From Minisyncoccota bacterium (lineage in GTDB: Bacteria > Patescibacteriota > Minisyncoccia > UBA6257), in the NCBI GenBank assembly GCA_028695015.1, contig JAQVJR010000001.1, forward strand, positions 100,422-164,421: a stretch of DNA of 64,000 nt, written 5' to 3'. Position 1 is the stretch's first letter. Each line of letters starts with the position of its first letter. The notes under the pieces were generated by a model that did not search any database, had not been told where the DNA came from, and saw nothing but the letters and a program-made list of their open reading frames with translations. Positions 1-9,681 of this stretch are shown in pieces. The position numbers and the translations under genes are program-made.

Positions 1-1008
1 AATTACCCGTGCTGCATTATGTATTTCTACTAAAGACATATCTTTAGTTCCAGCTACATTAAACAAAATTTTTCTAGCCCCTTCTATTGTAATATCTAAT
101 AAAGGTGATGAAATAGCCATTTCTGCTGCTTTTTTAGCTCGGTCTTGACCTTTAGCAACACCAATACCTAATAAAGCACTTCCAGTTTCAGTTAAGGTTG
201 TTCTAATATTAGCAAAATCTAGATTAATTAAACCTGGATAAGAAATTAAATTAACCACAGCTTCAACTCCTTGCTTTAAAATATCATCAATTTTACTAAA
301 CGCTTCTAGAATTGGCGTTTCTTCATTAATAATATTAAAAATTCTATCATTAGGAATAGTAATCAAAGCATCAACTTCATTAAAAAGTTTTTGCCAAGCT
401 TCTTCAGCAATTTCAGCCCTCTTTTCTCCTTCAAAAATAAAAGGCTTAGTCACTACTCCAATTACTAAAGCTCCTGTCTGTTTTGCTAAATTAGCAACAA
501 TAGGCGCTGCACCAGATCCTGTACCACCACCTAGTCCACATGTTAAGAAAATCATATCTGCACCCTGGACTACCTGATTAATTTCTTCTAGGTTTTCTTC
601 TGCTGCCTCTTTGCCCTTTGTTGGATCCATCCCTGCACCTAATCCCCGACAAGCTTCTTTACCAATTTGAATCTTAATATCTGCTTTGGTATATTGCAAT
701 CCTTGAAAATCTGTATTAATAGCAGTAAATTCTACACCAAGGAATTTTTTATCTTTCATTCGAGATACTACATTACCTCCAGCACCACCAACTCCAATAA
801 TTTTAACATTAACTTTTTTTCTTAAAGAATCTGATTTTTCTTGTTTTGGTTTTAATCTTCTTGTCTTTGTTTTTTTCTTTAAAACCTTTTTTGCCTTTAA
901 TGGCTTCCTTGTCTTTAATGTCTTTTGTGTTTTTAATACTTTTCTTTTTTTAGGAATACTTTTCAATTCTTTTTTCTTCTGATTCTTTTTTATTTTCTTT
1001 TTCTTCAT
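1..1008 (-). CDS. ftsZ: Cell division protein FtsZ (3' end runs off the window), with Lys-rich N-terminal extension
   Basis: Not in ORF track. Manual translation from ATG at 1008 gives ...VNVKIIGVGGAGGNVV..., INTD, GLGAGMDP and the GGGTGSG tubulin signature; lies directly downstream of ftsA. Confidence 0.97.
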   Translation of the reverse strand, partial: MKKKKIKKNQKKKELKSIPKKRKVLKTQKTLKTRKPLKAKKVLKKKTKTRRLKPKQEKSDSLRKKVNVKIIGVGGAGGNVVSRMKDKKFLGVEFTAINTDFQGLQYTKADIKIQIGKEACRGLGAGMDPTKGKEAAEENLEEINQVVQGADMIFLTCGLGGGTGSGAAPIVANLAKQTGALVIGVVTKPFIFEGEKRAEIAEEAWQKLFNEVDALITIPNDRIFNIINEETPILEAFSKIDDILKQGVEAVVNLISYPGLINLDFANIRTTLTETGSALLGIGVAKGQDRAKKAAEMAISSPLLDITIEGARKILFNVAGTKDMSLVEIHNAARVI

Positions 1009-1021
1009 ATTAAAAAATTAA

Positions 1022-2239
1022 TTAAATTGAAAAAATATTTTTAAAAAAACGAAACGCTTTTCCTAAAACCCCATCTTCTAAAGAGATAAAACCCTCTCTC
1101 TGTCCCTGGGCTCTTAGAAGCAATAACCCTAAAACTGGTATTAGGCTCAGATCAGATGTTTCTTGATACCATTCAATTTCTGGTTTTGCAAAACGCACTG
1201 GAAGCCTTAATCTTTCTTTTGCTAAATCTATTATTAAAGGCATTTTAGCTCCACCACCATAAATAACCACTCCCCCAGGTAATTTTTCAAAACGGTTAAT
1301 TTCTTTTAATCTTTTAGCCACTAAATCAAAAATTTCATCTAAGCGTGCTTCTATTATTTCTGCTAAAAATTTCCTTGTTGCTTTATCACCTGCACTATCA
1401 TCTTCATAATATGTAGCCCAATTAATATCTTGGTTTTTAGTTACTTTTCTTTTTAAAGCCAAGCCTTCATTTATCTTTATCTTTTCAGCAATATCAACAC
1501 TTGTTTTTAAACCTACAGCAATATCATTAGTTATTGCATTACCACCAACAGGAAATACTTTTAAATCTAGTATCTCATTATTCTCATAAACACAAAAACT
1601 GGTTGTGCTTGCTCCTAAATCTAAAGCTATGGCTCCTAAATCTTTATCTTGTGCTGTTAAAGCAATCTCTGCTCCAGCATAAGGAAGAATTAATTTGGGA
1701 TTAAATTTAATATTAATCATTTCTCCAAGACGGTCAATTGAATGAATATCAGGACTAAAAGCATCTATTAAAAGACATTCTGATTCAATCTTCAACCCCT
1801 TCATGCCTAAAGGATCTTTTACTTTTGCTACTCCATCTACAATATAGCTTCTTAAAGCTGCTTGAATCAAAGTCCTGTTTGGTGGTAAAGCAAAAGCTTC
1901 AGCTGCTTTATTAGCTCTTTGAATATCATCTTCCCCTATCTCTTGATCCGGCCTCGTAACCACTGCGGTTCCTTTTGAAACACGGGTTTCTAAATTAGAG
2001 CCTCCAATTCCAACTACTGCTTCTCTAAAAGCAACATTTTTCAACATTGATTCTATTTCAGCAATTAGGCTGTCTAATTCTTCAGCTACTACCTCAAGAT
2101 TATTAGGCACTCCTTCCTTAATTCCTCGTGACTTACGACTAGCTGGCAAAATAACATTTAATCCCTGAGCATTAACCTGAGCCACTAGGGCTTTTATATT
2201 TGCCGAACCTAAGTCTATAGCTAAGAAAGGATTTTTCAT
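1022..2239 (-). CDS. ftsA: Cell division protein FtsA
   Basis: Actin-like motifs (IDLGS, LDLGAST, GGNAITNDIA, GGGAK); adjacent to ftsZ. Confidence 0.95.
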   Translation of the reverse strand: MKNPFLAIDLGSANIKALVAQVNAQGLNVILPASRKSRGIKEGVPNNLEVVAEELDSLIAEIESMLKNVAFREAVVGIGGSNLETRVSKGTAVVTRPDQEIGEDDIQRANKAAEAFALPPNRTLIQAALRSYIVDGVAKVKDPLGMKGLKIESECLLIDAFSPDIHSIDRLGEMINIKFNPKLILPYAGAEIALTAQDKDLGAIALDLGASTTSFCVYENNEILDLKVFPVGGNAITNDIAVGLKTSVDIAEKIKINEGLALKRKVTKNQDINWATYYEDDSAGDKATRKFLAEIIEARLDEIFDLVAKRLKEINRFEKLPGGVVIYGGGAKMPLIIDLAKERLRLPVRFAKPEIEWYQETSDLSLIPVLGLLLLRAQGQREGFISLEDGVLGKAFRFFKNIFSI

Positions 2240-2241
2240 AA

Positions 2242-2697
2242 TTATTTATTAAGTAAATCTATAATCTTGTTTTCTAAAATTTCCATTTTTTGCGCTTCTT
2301 TTTTCTGATTATGACTATAGCCATAAAGATGAAGCAAACTGTGAACAATTAATTTTTTATAAAAGAAAAGAACAGGGATTTTAGCTTTTTTAGCTTGATC
2401 TTCTATTTCTTGTGGACAAAGAAAAATATCACCTAAAACCTTTTCTTTTTCTAACAGCTTTAAAGGTAAATTTTCTTTAAGGGGAAAAGAAAGAACTGTT
2501 GTTGCTGTATTTTTATTACGCCAATGCTTGTTTAATTTTCGACTTGCATTAGGATCTATAAAAACCAGTGCCAAATGAATTTTATTTTTTTCTTTAAGAA
2601 AAATTAAAACTTCTTGTATTAAATCATTTAAGAATTTCCTTGAAGGAATTCTCCTCCCACTTAAATTATATATCAAAATCTCAGTTTTTAGAACCAT
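2242..2697 (-). CDS. ybeY: rRNA maturation endoribonuclease YbeY
   Basis: LN..WR..TTVLSF, LGDIFLC and HSLLHLYGYSH (H3xH5xH zinc motif). Confidence 0.92.
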   Translation of the reverse strand: MVLKTEILIYNLSGRRIPSRKFLNDLIQEVLIFLKEKNKIHLALVFIDPNASRKLNKHWRNKNTATTVLSFPLKENLPLKLLEKEKVLGDIFLCPQEIEDQAKKAKIPVLFFYKKLIVHSLLHLYGYSHNQKKEAQKMEILENKIIDLLNK

Positions 2698-2702
2698 TCA
2701 TT

Positions 2703-2918
2703 TTAAATAAGTCCCTTTTTTCTTTTTCTCTCAATTTCTTGAAGTACTTTTTGTTTATGTAAAGCTGATAATTTTAAATCTCTTTTTGTTGGTTTTGGTT
2801 TATAATATTTTCTTTTTCGTGCTTCTAATAAAATACCACTTCTTTTAATAACTCTAAAAGCGCGACTTAAAAAAGAATTTATATTCTCACCTTTTCTTCT
2901 TTTAACTGTGATTGCCAT
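2703..2918 (-). CDS. rpsU: 30S ribosomal protein bS21
   Basis: 71 aa basic protein with V.RR.GEN...F..R and RKYY.KP pattern. Confidence 0.85.
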   Translation of the reverse strand: MAITVKRRKGENINSFLSRAFRVIKRSGILLEARKRKYYKPKPTKRDLKLSALHKQKVLQEIERKRKKGLI

Positions 2919-2923
2919 AATTA

Positions 2924-4240
2924 TTATTTTCTATTTTTTAATCTTTTTTTTATTTCAGGAATAATTTTATCTAAAGGAATTAATTCTTGAAGCCCAGAAT
3001 CCATATCTTTTAAAATTATCATCTCATCTAGAACTTCTTGCTGACCAAACATGAAAACATATTTTACCCCTAAGCGATCAGCATTTTTTAATTGAGCTCG
3101 CAAATTACTTTTTTCTAGATTTTCCCCAATAAGGATTTTTTCTTTACGAAATTGCTCTAAAATCTTAAAAGACATTTTCTTAGCTGCCTCTCCGATATAA
3201 ACTAAGAAAACTTCTGGTTTTGTTAATTTAAATCCCTTGCCTTGCTGAATCATTTCTTCCATTAATCGCTCAACACCAAAAGCCACTCCCACACCAGGTT
3301 TCTTAACCCTGCCTACTATTTCTGCCAATTTATCATATCTGCCACCACCACCAAGGGAAACTTTGTTCTTTTCATCATCTAAACAAAATTCAAAAACAGT
3401 TCTCGTGTAATAATCTAAGCCCCTAACCAAGGTTTTATCTAAAATATAAGGGATATTTAAATACTCAAGATATTCAAGAAGAGATTTAAAATGGTTATTA
3501 CATTCAGTGCATAGATAATCGAGTATAAAAGGGGCTCCTTCTTTTACAGAATAACACTTTTCATTTTTACAATCCAATACCCTAAGAGGATTTTCTTTTA
3601 TTCGTCGGCGACAATCAGAGCAAATCTGTTTATCATTCTTTCTGTAATATTTCTTAAGCTCTCGAATATAAACTGTTCGACATTTAGAACAACCAATGCT
3701 ATTAAGAAGCAAGAAAATATCTTTTTTAGCAAAACCCAGAGATTCTAAAAAGATCTTAGAGAGCATTATAATCTTTACCTCTGAAGCAATGTCATCTTCT
3801 CCTATTATCTCTGCTCCAAACTGATAAAATTGACGATAACGTCCAGCCTGAGGTTTTTCATGACGGAAAAAAGAACCAAAATAATACAATTTTATTGGTT
3901 GAGGCAAATTAAACATTCCTTTTTCTATATAAGCTCTAACAATCGGTGCCGTGCCTTCTGGTCGTAAAGCTAAAAATTTTTGCTCTACTTTGGTTTTTAA
4001 AAGATACATTTCTTTACCAACAATTTCTGTTTTTTTACCAACTCCTTTAGTAAATAATTCTGCCTCTTCTAACAAAGGAGTTTCTATTCTCTTAAAGCCA
4101 TAAAATTCAAAAATCTTTTTAGCATTTTGTAATATAAAATCATAATACAGCCAGTCTTCAGCTAAAATATCTTTCATTCCCCTAAGGGTTTGAAAAGATT
4201 GTTTTTTGGTTTTTTGAGTTAATTCTTTTTCAGATGCCAT
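2924..4240 (-). CDS. hisS: Histidine--tRNA ligase
   Basis: RGMKD, LRPEGTA, FRHEKPQAGRYRQF, RGLDYY, GGGRYD. Likely start is the ATG at 4240 (MASEK) rather than 4288. Confidence 0.97.
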   Translation of the reverse strand: MASEKELTQKTKKQSFQTLRGMKDILAEDWLYYDFILQNAKKIFEFYGFKRIETPLLEEAELFTKGVGKKTEIVGKEMYLLKTKVEQKFLALRPEGTAPIVRAYIEKGMFNLPQPIKLYYFGSFFRHEKPQAGRYRQFYQFGAEIIGEDDIASEVKIIMLSKIFLESLGFAKKDIFLLLNSIGCSKCRTVYIRELKKYYRKNDKQICSDCRRRIKENPLRVLDCKNEKCYSVKEGAPFILDYLCTECNNHFKSLLEYLEYLNIPYILDKTLVRGLDYYTRTVFEFCLDDEKNKVSLGGGGRYDKLAEIVGRVKKPGVGVAFGVERLMEEMIQQGKGFKLTKPEVFLVYIGEAAKKMSFKILEQFRKEKILIGENLEKSNLRAQLKNADRLGVKYVFMFGQQEVLDEMIILKDMDSGLQELIPLDKIIPEIKKRLKNRK

Positions 4241-4760
4241 ATGCTTCAATTTTCTTAAAAGGCCATAAGCGAAGCCAAACCCGACCAATGATTAAATTTC
4301 TCTCTACTGGCCCCCAATTCCGAGAATCATAAGAGGCCAAACGATTGTCTCCTAATACAAAAAATTGATTATTAGCTAGAGTTAATTTTAAATTCCCTGA
4401 AGTTCTTAATCCATTAGGTAAAAAATCTTGCTCTAAAAGAAAAGAATCTTTTAAAGGAGGTGATATTTCTATCTGACCATCATCTATACTAATAGTTTCT
4501 CCTGGCAAGCCAATAATTCTCTTAATATAGTATTGATTTTTATGATTAGGGGCTTTAAAAACTACCACCTCATATCTTTGCGGATCACGAAAACGATAAG
4601 TTAATTCATCGATAATTAAATAATCCTGCGTGTAAAAATTAGGCTCCATGCTGCTCCCATGAACTATAAAAGGCTGAATTAAAAAATATCTTATAGGCGC
4701 CACTATAAGAATTGCGATAAAAATCATTTCTAAATTTTCCCAAAGAATTTTTCGCCACAT
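4230..4760 (-). CDS. lepB: Signal peptidase I
   Basis: One TM segment, SSMEPN (catalytic Ser), YIKRIIGLPGE (catalytic Lys), GDNR..SYDSR.WG. Confidence 0.95.
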   Translation of the reverse strand: MWRKILWENLEMIFIAILIVAPIRYFLIQPFIVHGSSMEPNFYTQDYLIIDELTYRFRDPQRYEVVVFKAPNHKNQYYIKRIIGLPGETISIDDGQIEISPPLKDSFLLEQDFLPNGLRTSGNLKLTLANNQFFVLGDNRLASYDSRNWGPVERNLIIGRVWLRLWPFKKIEAYGI

Positions 4761-4769
4761 ATCTAAAAA

Positions 4770-4810
4770 ATAATATCACAATTGAACTCTGAAAGCAAAT
4801 GTGATAAATT
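4770..4810. promoter_or_regulatory. Overlapping divergent sigma70-like promoters for lepB and the LCP gene
   Basis: Plus strand: TTGAAC-17 nt-TAAATT with TG extension. Minus strand: TTGCTT-17 nt-TATTAT with TG extension. Confidence 0.6.
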
Positions 4811-4817
4811 GTTTAAA

Positions 4818-5825
4818 ATGAGCTTTTTTTCTAAAAAAAATTTATTAATTATTTTAATTACCGGCTTATTCTTCGGGCTATTTTTTTTGCTATTAAACCA
4901 ATCCCAACCAAAAGAATATCTCTTTTCTTACAATTCTTACAATAATTCTAATATTCAAGAGTCAGTAAAGACAAAAAGCTCTTCTCTTAATATCCTCTTT
5001 TTAGGAATTGTTGGTGAAGGCTCTAGAGGGCAATTTGCTACTGATACTATTCTAGTAGCCCATCTTGATTTTTCTAATAAAAAAATTGCCCTAATCTCTA
5101 TTCCCCGTGACCTCTGGGTTAAAATTCCTAATTCCTCACAAGAAACCAAAGTTAATGGACTTTATGCAATGGAAAACAGAGGTAAAAGATTTTCCCAAGC
5201 AACTAAATCAAGTTTGATCACGCAAAAAGCAGAAGAAATAACTGGATTAAAGATAAGCCAAACTATTATCTTAGAATTAGAAGGATTTGGTAAATTAATA
5301 GATGCTATTGGTGGTATTGATATTTGGTTAGAAACTGATGTTTATGATCCTTTATTAATTAATCCTCATAAACCAACTGAGATTTTCCATTTAGCTGCTG
5401 GCTGGCGTCATTTAGATGGAGATATGGCAATTAAATTTGTTCGTAGCCGTTATGCCCCAGAAGGAGATTTTTATCGTATGCGGCACCAACAGCAAATAAT
5501 TGCTGCTCTTAAAAATAAATTAACAAAACTAGCTGATGTTTGGAACCTAGTCACTTGGTTAAAAATTTGGCAATCACTTAACAATCATATCATTGTTGAT
5601 TTGGATTTTAATGCTCTTTGGAATATCTTTAATCTTATTAAAGATATTTCCACAGATGAAATGGAATTTCTTCAAATAACCAATCGCCCTCCAGATGAAT
5701 TATTATTTACCACTACTTATACCAGCGAATCTTTAGCTCAAGATATTTACATTTTAATTCCTCGTGAAGGTTTTGAAAAATATCAAAAAATTCAAGAATA
5801 TATCAAAGAAAAAATTTCTTCATAA
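4818..5825 (+). CDS. LCP (LytR-CpsA-Psr) family protein
   Basis: N-terminal TM segment, NILFLG, TDTI, LISIPRDLWV, FVRSR....GDF.R..HQQ; first ATG is at 4818. Confidence 0.92.
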   Translation: MSFFSKKNLLIILITGLFFGLFFLLLNQSQPKEYLFSYNSYNNSNIQESVKTKSSSLNILFLGIVGEGSRGQFATDTILVAHLDFSNKKIALISIPRDLWVKIPNSSQETKVNGLYAMENRGKRFSQATKSSLITQKAEEITGLKISQTIILELEGFGKLIDAIGGIDIWLETDVYDPLLINPHKPTEIFHLAAGWRHLDGDMAIKFVRSRYAPEGDFYRMRHQQQIIAALKNKLTKLADVWNLVTWLKIWQSLNNHIIVDLDFNALWNIFNLIKDISTDEMEFLQITNRPPDELLFTTTYTSESLAQDIYILIPREGFEKYQKIQEYIKEKISS

Positions 5826-5829
5826 AATA

Positions 5830-6453
5830 ATGACTAATATTAAACAAAAAATCCTCATTGCAGGATTAGGTAATCCAGATATTACCTTCCAAAACAACCG
5901 TCACAATACTGGTCATATTTTCCTTGATTATTTAGCTCATAAACATGCAGGTACTGAATGGAAAAATAATAAAAAATGCGCAGCTAAAATAAGCTTAATC
6001 AAGATAAATAATTGTTCAATTATTCTAGCCAAGTCTCTGGTTTTTATGAATCAATCAGGTAAAACATTGAGTTTGTTAAAAAAATTCTACCAATTACCTC
6101 TTAAGAATATTTTCATTGCTCATGATGATTCTGATATTGCCTTGGGTAGTTTTAAACTTGATTTTGGACGTGGCTCGGCAGGGCATAAAGGAGTTGAATC
6201 AATTATTCATCTTTTAAAATCCAAGAATTTTTATCGACTAAGAATCGGTATTCGTTCTCCTTCCCAGCGCCAAAAAGCTGATAAATTAGTTTTAACTAAT
6301 TTTAATTCTCAAGAAAAACAAATACTTAATAAAACTTTTCCAATTATTGAAGAACAATTGATAAATATTTGCGCTCCAAAAAATAAACAGAAAAGCGAAA
6401 AACCAAAGCCAATAAAAGACTTAAAATCAAAACATTCAACGAAAGATAACTAA
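5830..6453 (+). CDS. pth: Peptidyl-tRNA hydrolase
   Basis: GLGNP, RHNTG, FMNQSG, HDD, GHKG, RLRIGI. Likely start is the ATG at 5830. Confidence 0.95.
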   Translation: MTNIKQKILIAGLGNPDITFQNNRHNTGHIFLDYLAHKHAGTEWKNNKKCAAKISLIKINNCSIILAKSLVFMNQSGKTLSLLKKFYQLPLKNIFIAHDDSDIALGSFKLDFGRGSAGHKGVESIIHLLKSKNFYRLRIGIRSPSQRQKADKLVLTNFNSQEKQILNKTFPIIEEQLINICAPKNKQKSEKPKPIKDLKSKHSTKDN

Positions 6454-7054
6454 ATAATACAAAGAATTGTAAATTAACAAGAAGCAAAATCCAAAAAGAA
6501 ATCAAATGATTAGAACAACGCACATTGGAAAATACTAAATAAAGATTAGCAAAAATCATTAATCCAGAAAAATATATTAAGAAACTTATACTAAAAAAAT
6601 AATTTAAAAAGAAATACAAACCATAAGCAATAATTATCCAGGTTAAAAACAAATAATAAAAAAGAATCTCTCGCCAATACTTTTCCATTTTTGAAGAAGC
6701 TAAATTAATTAAACAATCAAAACTCTTTCTTTCAGAGTTTTTATTTTTTTTATAGGCAAAACATTTCTGCCAAAAAAAGAATAAGAACAAGAAAATAAAT
6801 ATTATTACCCAAAAAGGTCTAAAAAAAGACTTGATAATATTAGCTTCTAAAAAAGCAAAAAAAAGAAATGCAAAATTAACCCAAGAAAGACCCAGAACAA
6901 TTTTCCACAAAACAATTATTAACAAACAAGTTAAAATTGCATAAACAAAATTAAAAGGAAAAATAGCGCTCCCAAAGAGCGCCATAATATAAAGCGTAAA
7001 AAAGAATAAAACTTTAGTTTCTACAGAACGAAGAAACTTTACTATTTTTGACAT
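6344..7054 (-). CDS. Hypothetical multi-pass membrane protein
   Basis: 236 aa with several hydrophobic segments; start overlaps the clpB stop, suggesting translational coupling. Confidence 0.7.
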   Translation of the reverse strand: MSKIVKFLRSVETKVLFFFTLYIMALFGSAIFPFNFVYAILTCLLIIVLWKIVLGLSWVNFAFLFFAFLEANIIKSFFRPFWVIIFIFLFLFFFWQKCFAYKKNKNSERKSFDCLINLASSKMEKYWREILFYYLFLTWIIIAYGLYFFLNYFFSISFLIYFSGLMIFANLYLVFSNVRCSNHLISFWILLLVNLQFFVLFSYLSLNVLILSLLLALVFRFSVYFLERKYLSIVLQ

Positions 7055-9669
7055 AAATTAAGACTATTCTTTTTCAAATTTATTAAAAGTTTTTTATCTT
7101 CTTTTATTTCCCCAATAATCATTGCATCAGCTAAACGATCTAATATTTCTTTTTCTATTAATCTCTTTAAAGGACGCACTCCATATTCAGCACTAAATCC
7201 TTTTTGAGTTAAATATTTTTTTGCTTCTGCAGTTAATTCTAAATAAATCTTTCTATCAGCTAATCGATTGTTAATCTTTGCCATTTGCAAATCAATGATT
7301 TTCTCTATATCCCGACTATGAAGAGAATTAAAGATAATTATTTCATCAATTCGGTTTAAGAATTCTGGACGGAATTTCTCTTTTAAAGATTCATGGATTT
7401 TGGATTTTAATTCTTCTCGTTGCTCCTCTACTTTATTTTTCTTGCTAACTGTAAACCCTAAGGATGCCATTTGGTGAATATATTCTCCGCCCAAATTTGA
7501 AGTCATTATTATAATCGTGTTTTTAAAATTAACCACCCGGCCTTTACCATCAGTTAAACGACCATTATCTAAAACCTGAAGTAAGATATTAAACACTTCA
7601 GGGTGAGCTTTTTCTATTTCATCAAATAATATTAAACTATAAGGTCGGTGTTTAACCTCTTCAGTTAACTGACCTCCAGCTTCATAGCCAATATAGCCTG
7701 GAGGAGAACCTATTAAACGAGCCACACTATGTTTTTCCATGTATTCTGACATATCAACACGAATCATAGCTTTTTCATCAGAAAACATAAATTCTGCTAA
7801 AGCCTTAGCTAATTCTGTTTTTCCAACCCCTGTTGGGCCTAAAAACATAAAAGATCCCATTGGTCTTTCTTCTTCTGAAATACCAACCCTAGCTCTTTTA
7901 ATTGCCCGGCTAATAGCTTGAATAGCTTCTCCTTGACCAACAACTCTTTTAGCTAATTCCTTATCTATTCGTGCTAATTTCCTACTTTCTTCTTCTAACA
8001 TCCTTGTTACTGGGATTCCGGTCCAATTAGAAACCACCTTAGCTATATCTTCAGCCATCACTTCTTCTTTTAAGAACCTTTCTCTATTAGGTATTTTTCC
8101 TAAACTCCTTTCCTTTACTTTTAAATTCTTTTCTAATTGAGGGATTTTGCCATAAACTATCTCTGCTACTTTATCTAATTGACCTACCTTTTCATTTTCC
8201 TGAGACTCTCTTAATAACCTCTCTCTTTCTTTTTTAATATCCCCAACCTCAGTAAAGATTTTTTTCTCTTTTTGCCATTTGCTATTCAATTCTTTTAATT
8301 TTCGTTTTAATTGCCTTAATTCATTATTAATTTTAGTACTAGAAGCATCTTTAACAGATTTGGAGTTTTCTCTTTTTTTTGCTTTTTGTCTTAATTCAAG
8401 GGATTTTATTTTATTCTTTAAATCACTAATTGATGAAGGAATACTACCAATTTCTAAACTTAATACTGAAGCAGCTTCATCAACTAAATCTATAGCTTTA
8501 TCAGGTAAAAAGCGAGAAGAAATATAGCGACTAGATAATTGAACTGCTGCCTCTATAGCCTCTTCTGAAATCTTTAAACCATGATGAGCTTCATATTTCA
8601 CTTTTAACCCTCTTAAAATATCTATAGTTTCTTCTGGCGTAGGCTCTTCAACAAAAACCGGTTGGAAACGACGCTCTAAAGCTGGATCTTTTTCTATATA
8701 TTCTCTAAAATCTTTAAAAGTTGCTGCACCTATTGCTCGCAATTCCCCACGGGCTAAAGCAGGTTTTAAAAGATTTGAAGCATCAATAGCTCCTTCAGCT
8801 GCTCCAGCACCAACAAGAGTGTGAACTTCATCAATAAAGATAATAATATTACCAGCTTTTTTTATCTCTTTTAATAAATTCTTTAATCTTTCTTCAAATT
8901 CACCTCTAAACCTAGTTCCAGCAATCAAAGCGCCTAAATCTAAGGAGATTATTTTTTTATCTATTAAACTTTCAGGCACCTCTCCTGCAGCAATTAACTG
9001 AGCCAAACCTTCTATAACTGCAGTTTTACCTACTCCAGCTTCTCCAATTAAAATCGGATTGTTTTTAGTCCTTCGTGATAAAATCTGCATTACCCGTCTT
9101 AATTCTTCTTCTCTTCCAATAACTGGATCTAATTTATCTTCAGCTGCTAATTTATTCAAATCTTGTGTATATTTTTCTATAGCTGTTCCCATTTCTTGAA
9201 ATTCATCTGTTATTTTCTCCCCTTGAGAATATTCATAAAGAGCTTTCAGGAAAGAATCTTTCTTTAAATTGTATTTATTCAATAAATCTTGAGCTGAGTT
9301 TTTAGTAACCAGAATTCCATAAAACAAATACTCTGGAGAAACATATTTATTCTTATCTTCTATTGTTTTCCTAGCTGCTATCTCTATTACTTGTATTATC
9401 TCTTGAGAAAGATACATTTGTTTCAAACCATCACCAATACTAAAAATCCGAGGTAATTTAACAATCTCTTCAAGTGTATCTTGTAAAAGACCTTCAGCAT
9501 CAATCTTCATATTTTTTTCTAATATATCTCTTATCCCCGAATCAGTCTCTTCTAATAAAACATACAAAAGATGAAGAGCACGCATCTCTCCTTGGTTTCT
9601 TTCCAAAGCCATTTGTTGGGCTTTTTCTATTGCCGCTTGGGCTTTTGATGTAAATCTACCTAAAGACAT
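7042..9669 (-). CDS. clpB: ClpB-type AAA+ chaperone
   Basis: Clp N domain; D1 ([22 protein letters not shown]); long coiled-coil M domain; D2 ([25 protein letters not shown]). Confidence 0.93.
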   Translation of the reverse strand: MSLGRFTSKAQAAIEKAQQMALERNQGEMRALHLLYVLLEETDSGIRDILEKNMKIDAEGLLQDTLEEIVKLPRIFSIGDGLKQMYLSQEIIQVIEIAARKTIEDKNKYVSPEYLFYGILVTKNSAQDLLNKYNLKKDSFLKALYEYSQGEKITDEFQEMGTAIEKYTQDLNKLAAEDKLDPVIGREEELRRVMQILSRRTKNNPILIGEAGVGKTAVIEGLAQLIAAGEVPESLIDKKIISLDLGALIAGTRFRGEFEERLKNLLKEIKKAGNIIIFIDEVHTLVGAGAAEGAIDASNLLKPALARGELRAIGAATFKDFREYIEKDPALERRFQPVFVEEPTPEETIDILRGLKVKYEAHHGLKISEEAIEAAVQLSSRYISSRFLPDKAIDLVDEAASVLSLEIGSIPSSISDLKNKIKSLELRQKAKKRENSKSVKDASSTKINNELRQLKRKLKELNSKWQKEKKIFTEVGDIKKERERLLRESQENEKVGQLDKVAEIVYGKIPQLEKNLKVKERSLGKIPNRERFLKEEVMAEDIAKVVSNWTGIPVTRMLEEESRKLARIDKELAKRVVGQGEAIQAISRAIKRARVGISEEERPMGSFMFLGPTGVGKTELAKALAEFMFSDEKAMIRVDMSEYMEKHSVARLIGSPPGYIGYEAGGQLTEEVKHRPYSLILFDEIEKAHPEVFNILLQVLDNGRLTDGKGRVVNFKNTIIIMTSNLGGEYIHQMASLGFTVSKKNKVEEQREELKSKIHESLKEKFRPEFLNRIDEIIIFNSLHSRDIEKIIDLQMAKINNRLADRKIYLELTAEAKKYLTQKGFSAEYGVRPLKRLIEKEILDRLADAMIIGEIKEDKKLLINLKKNSLNLCQK

Positions 9670-9681
9670 ATTTAATAATTT

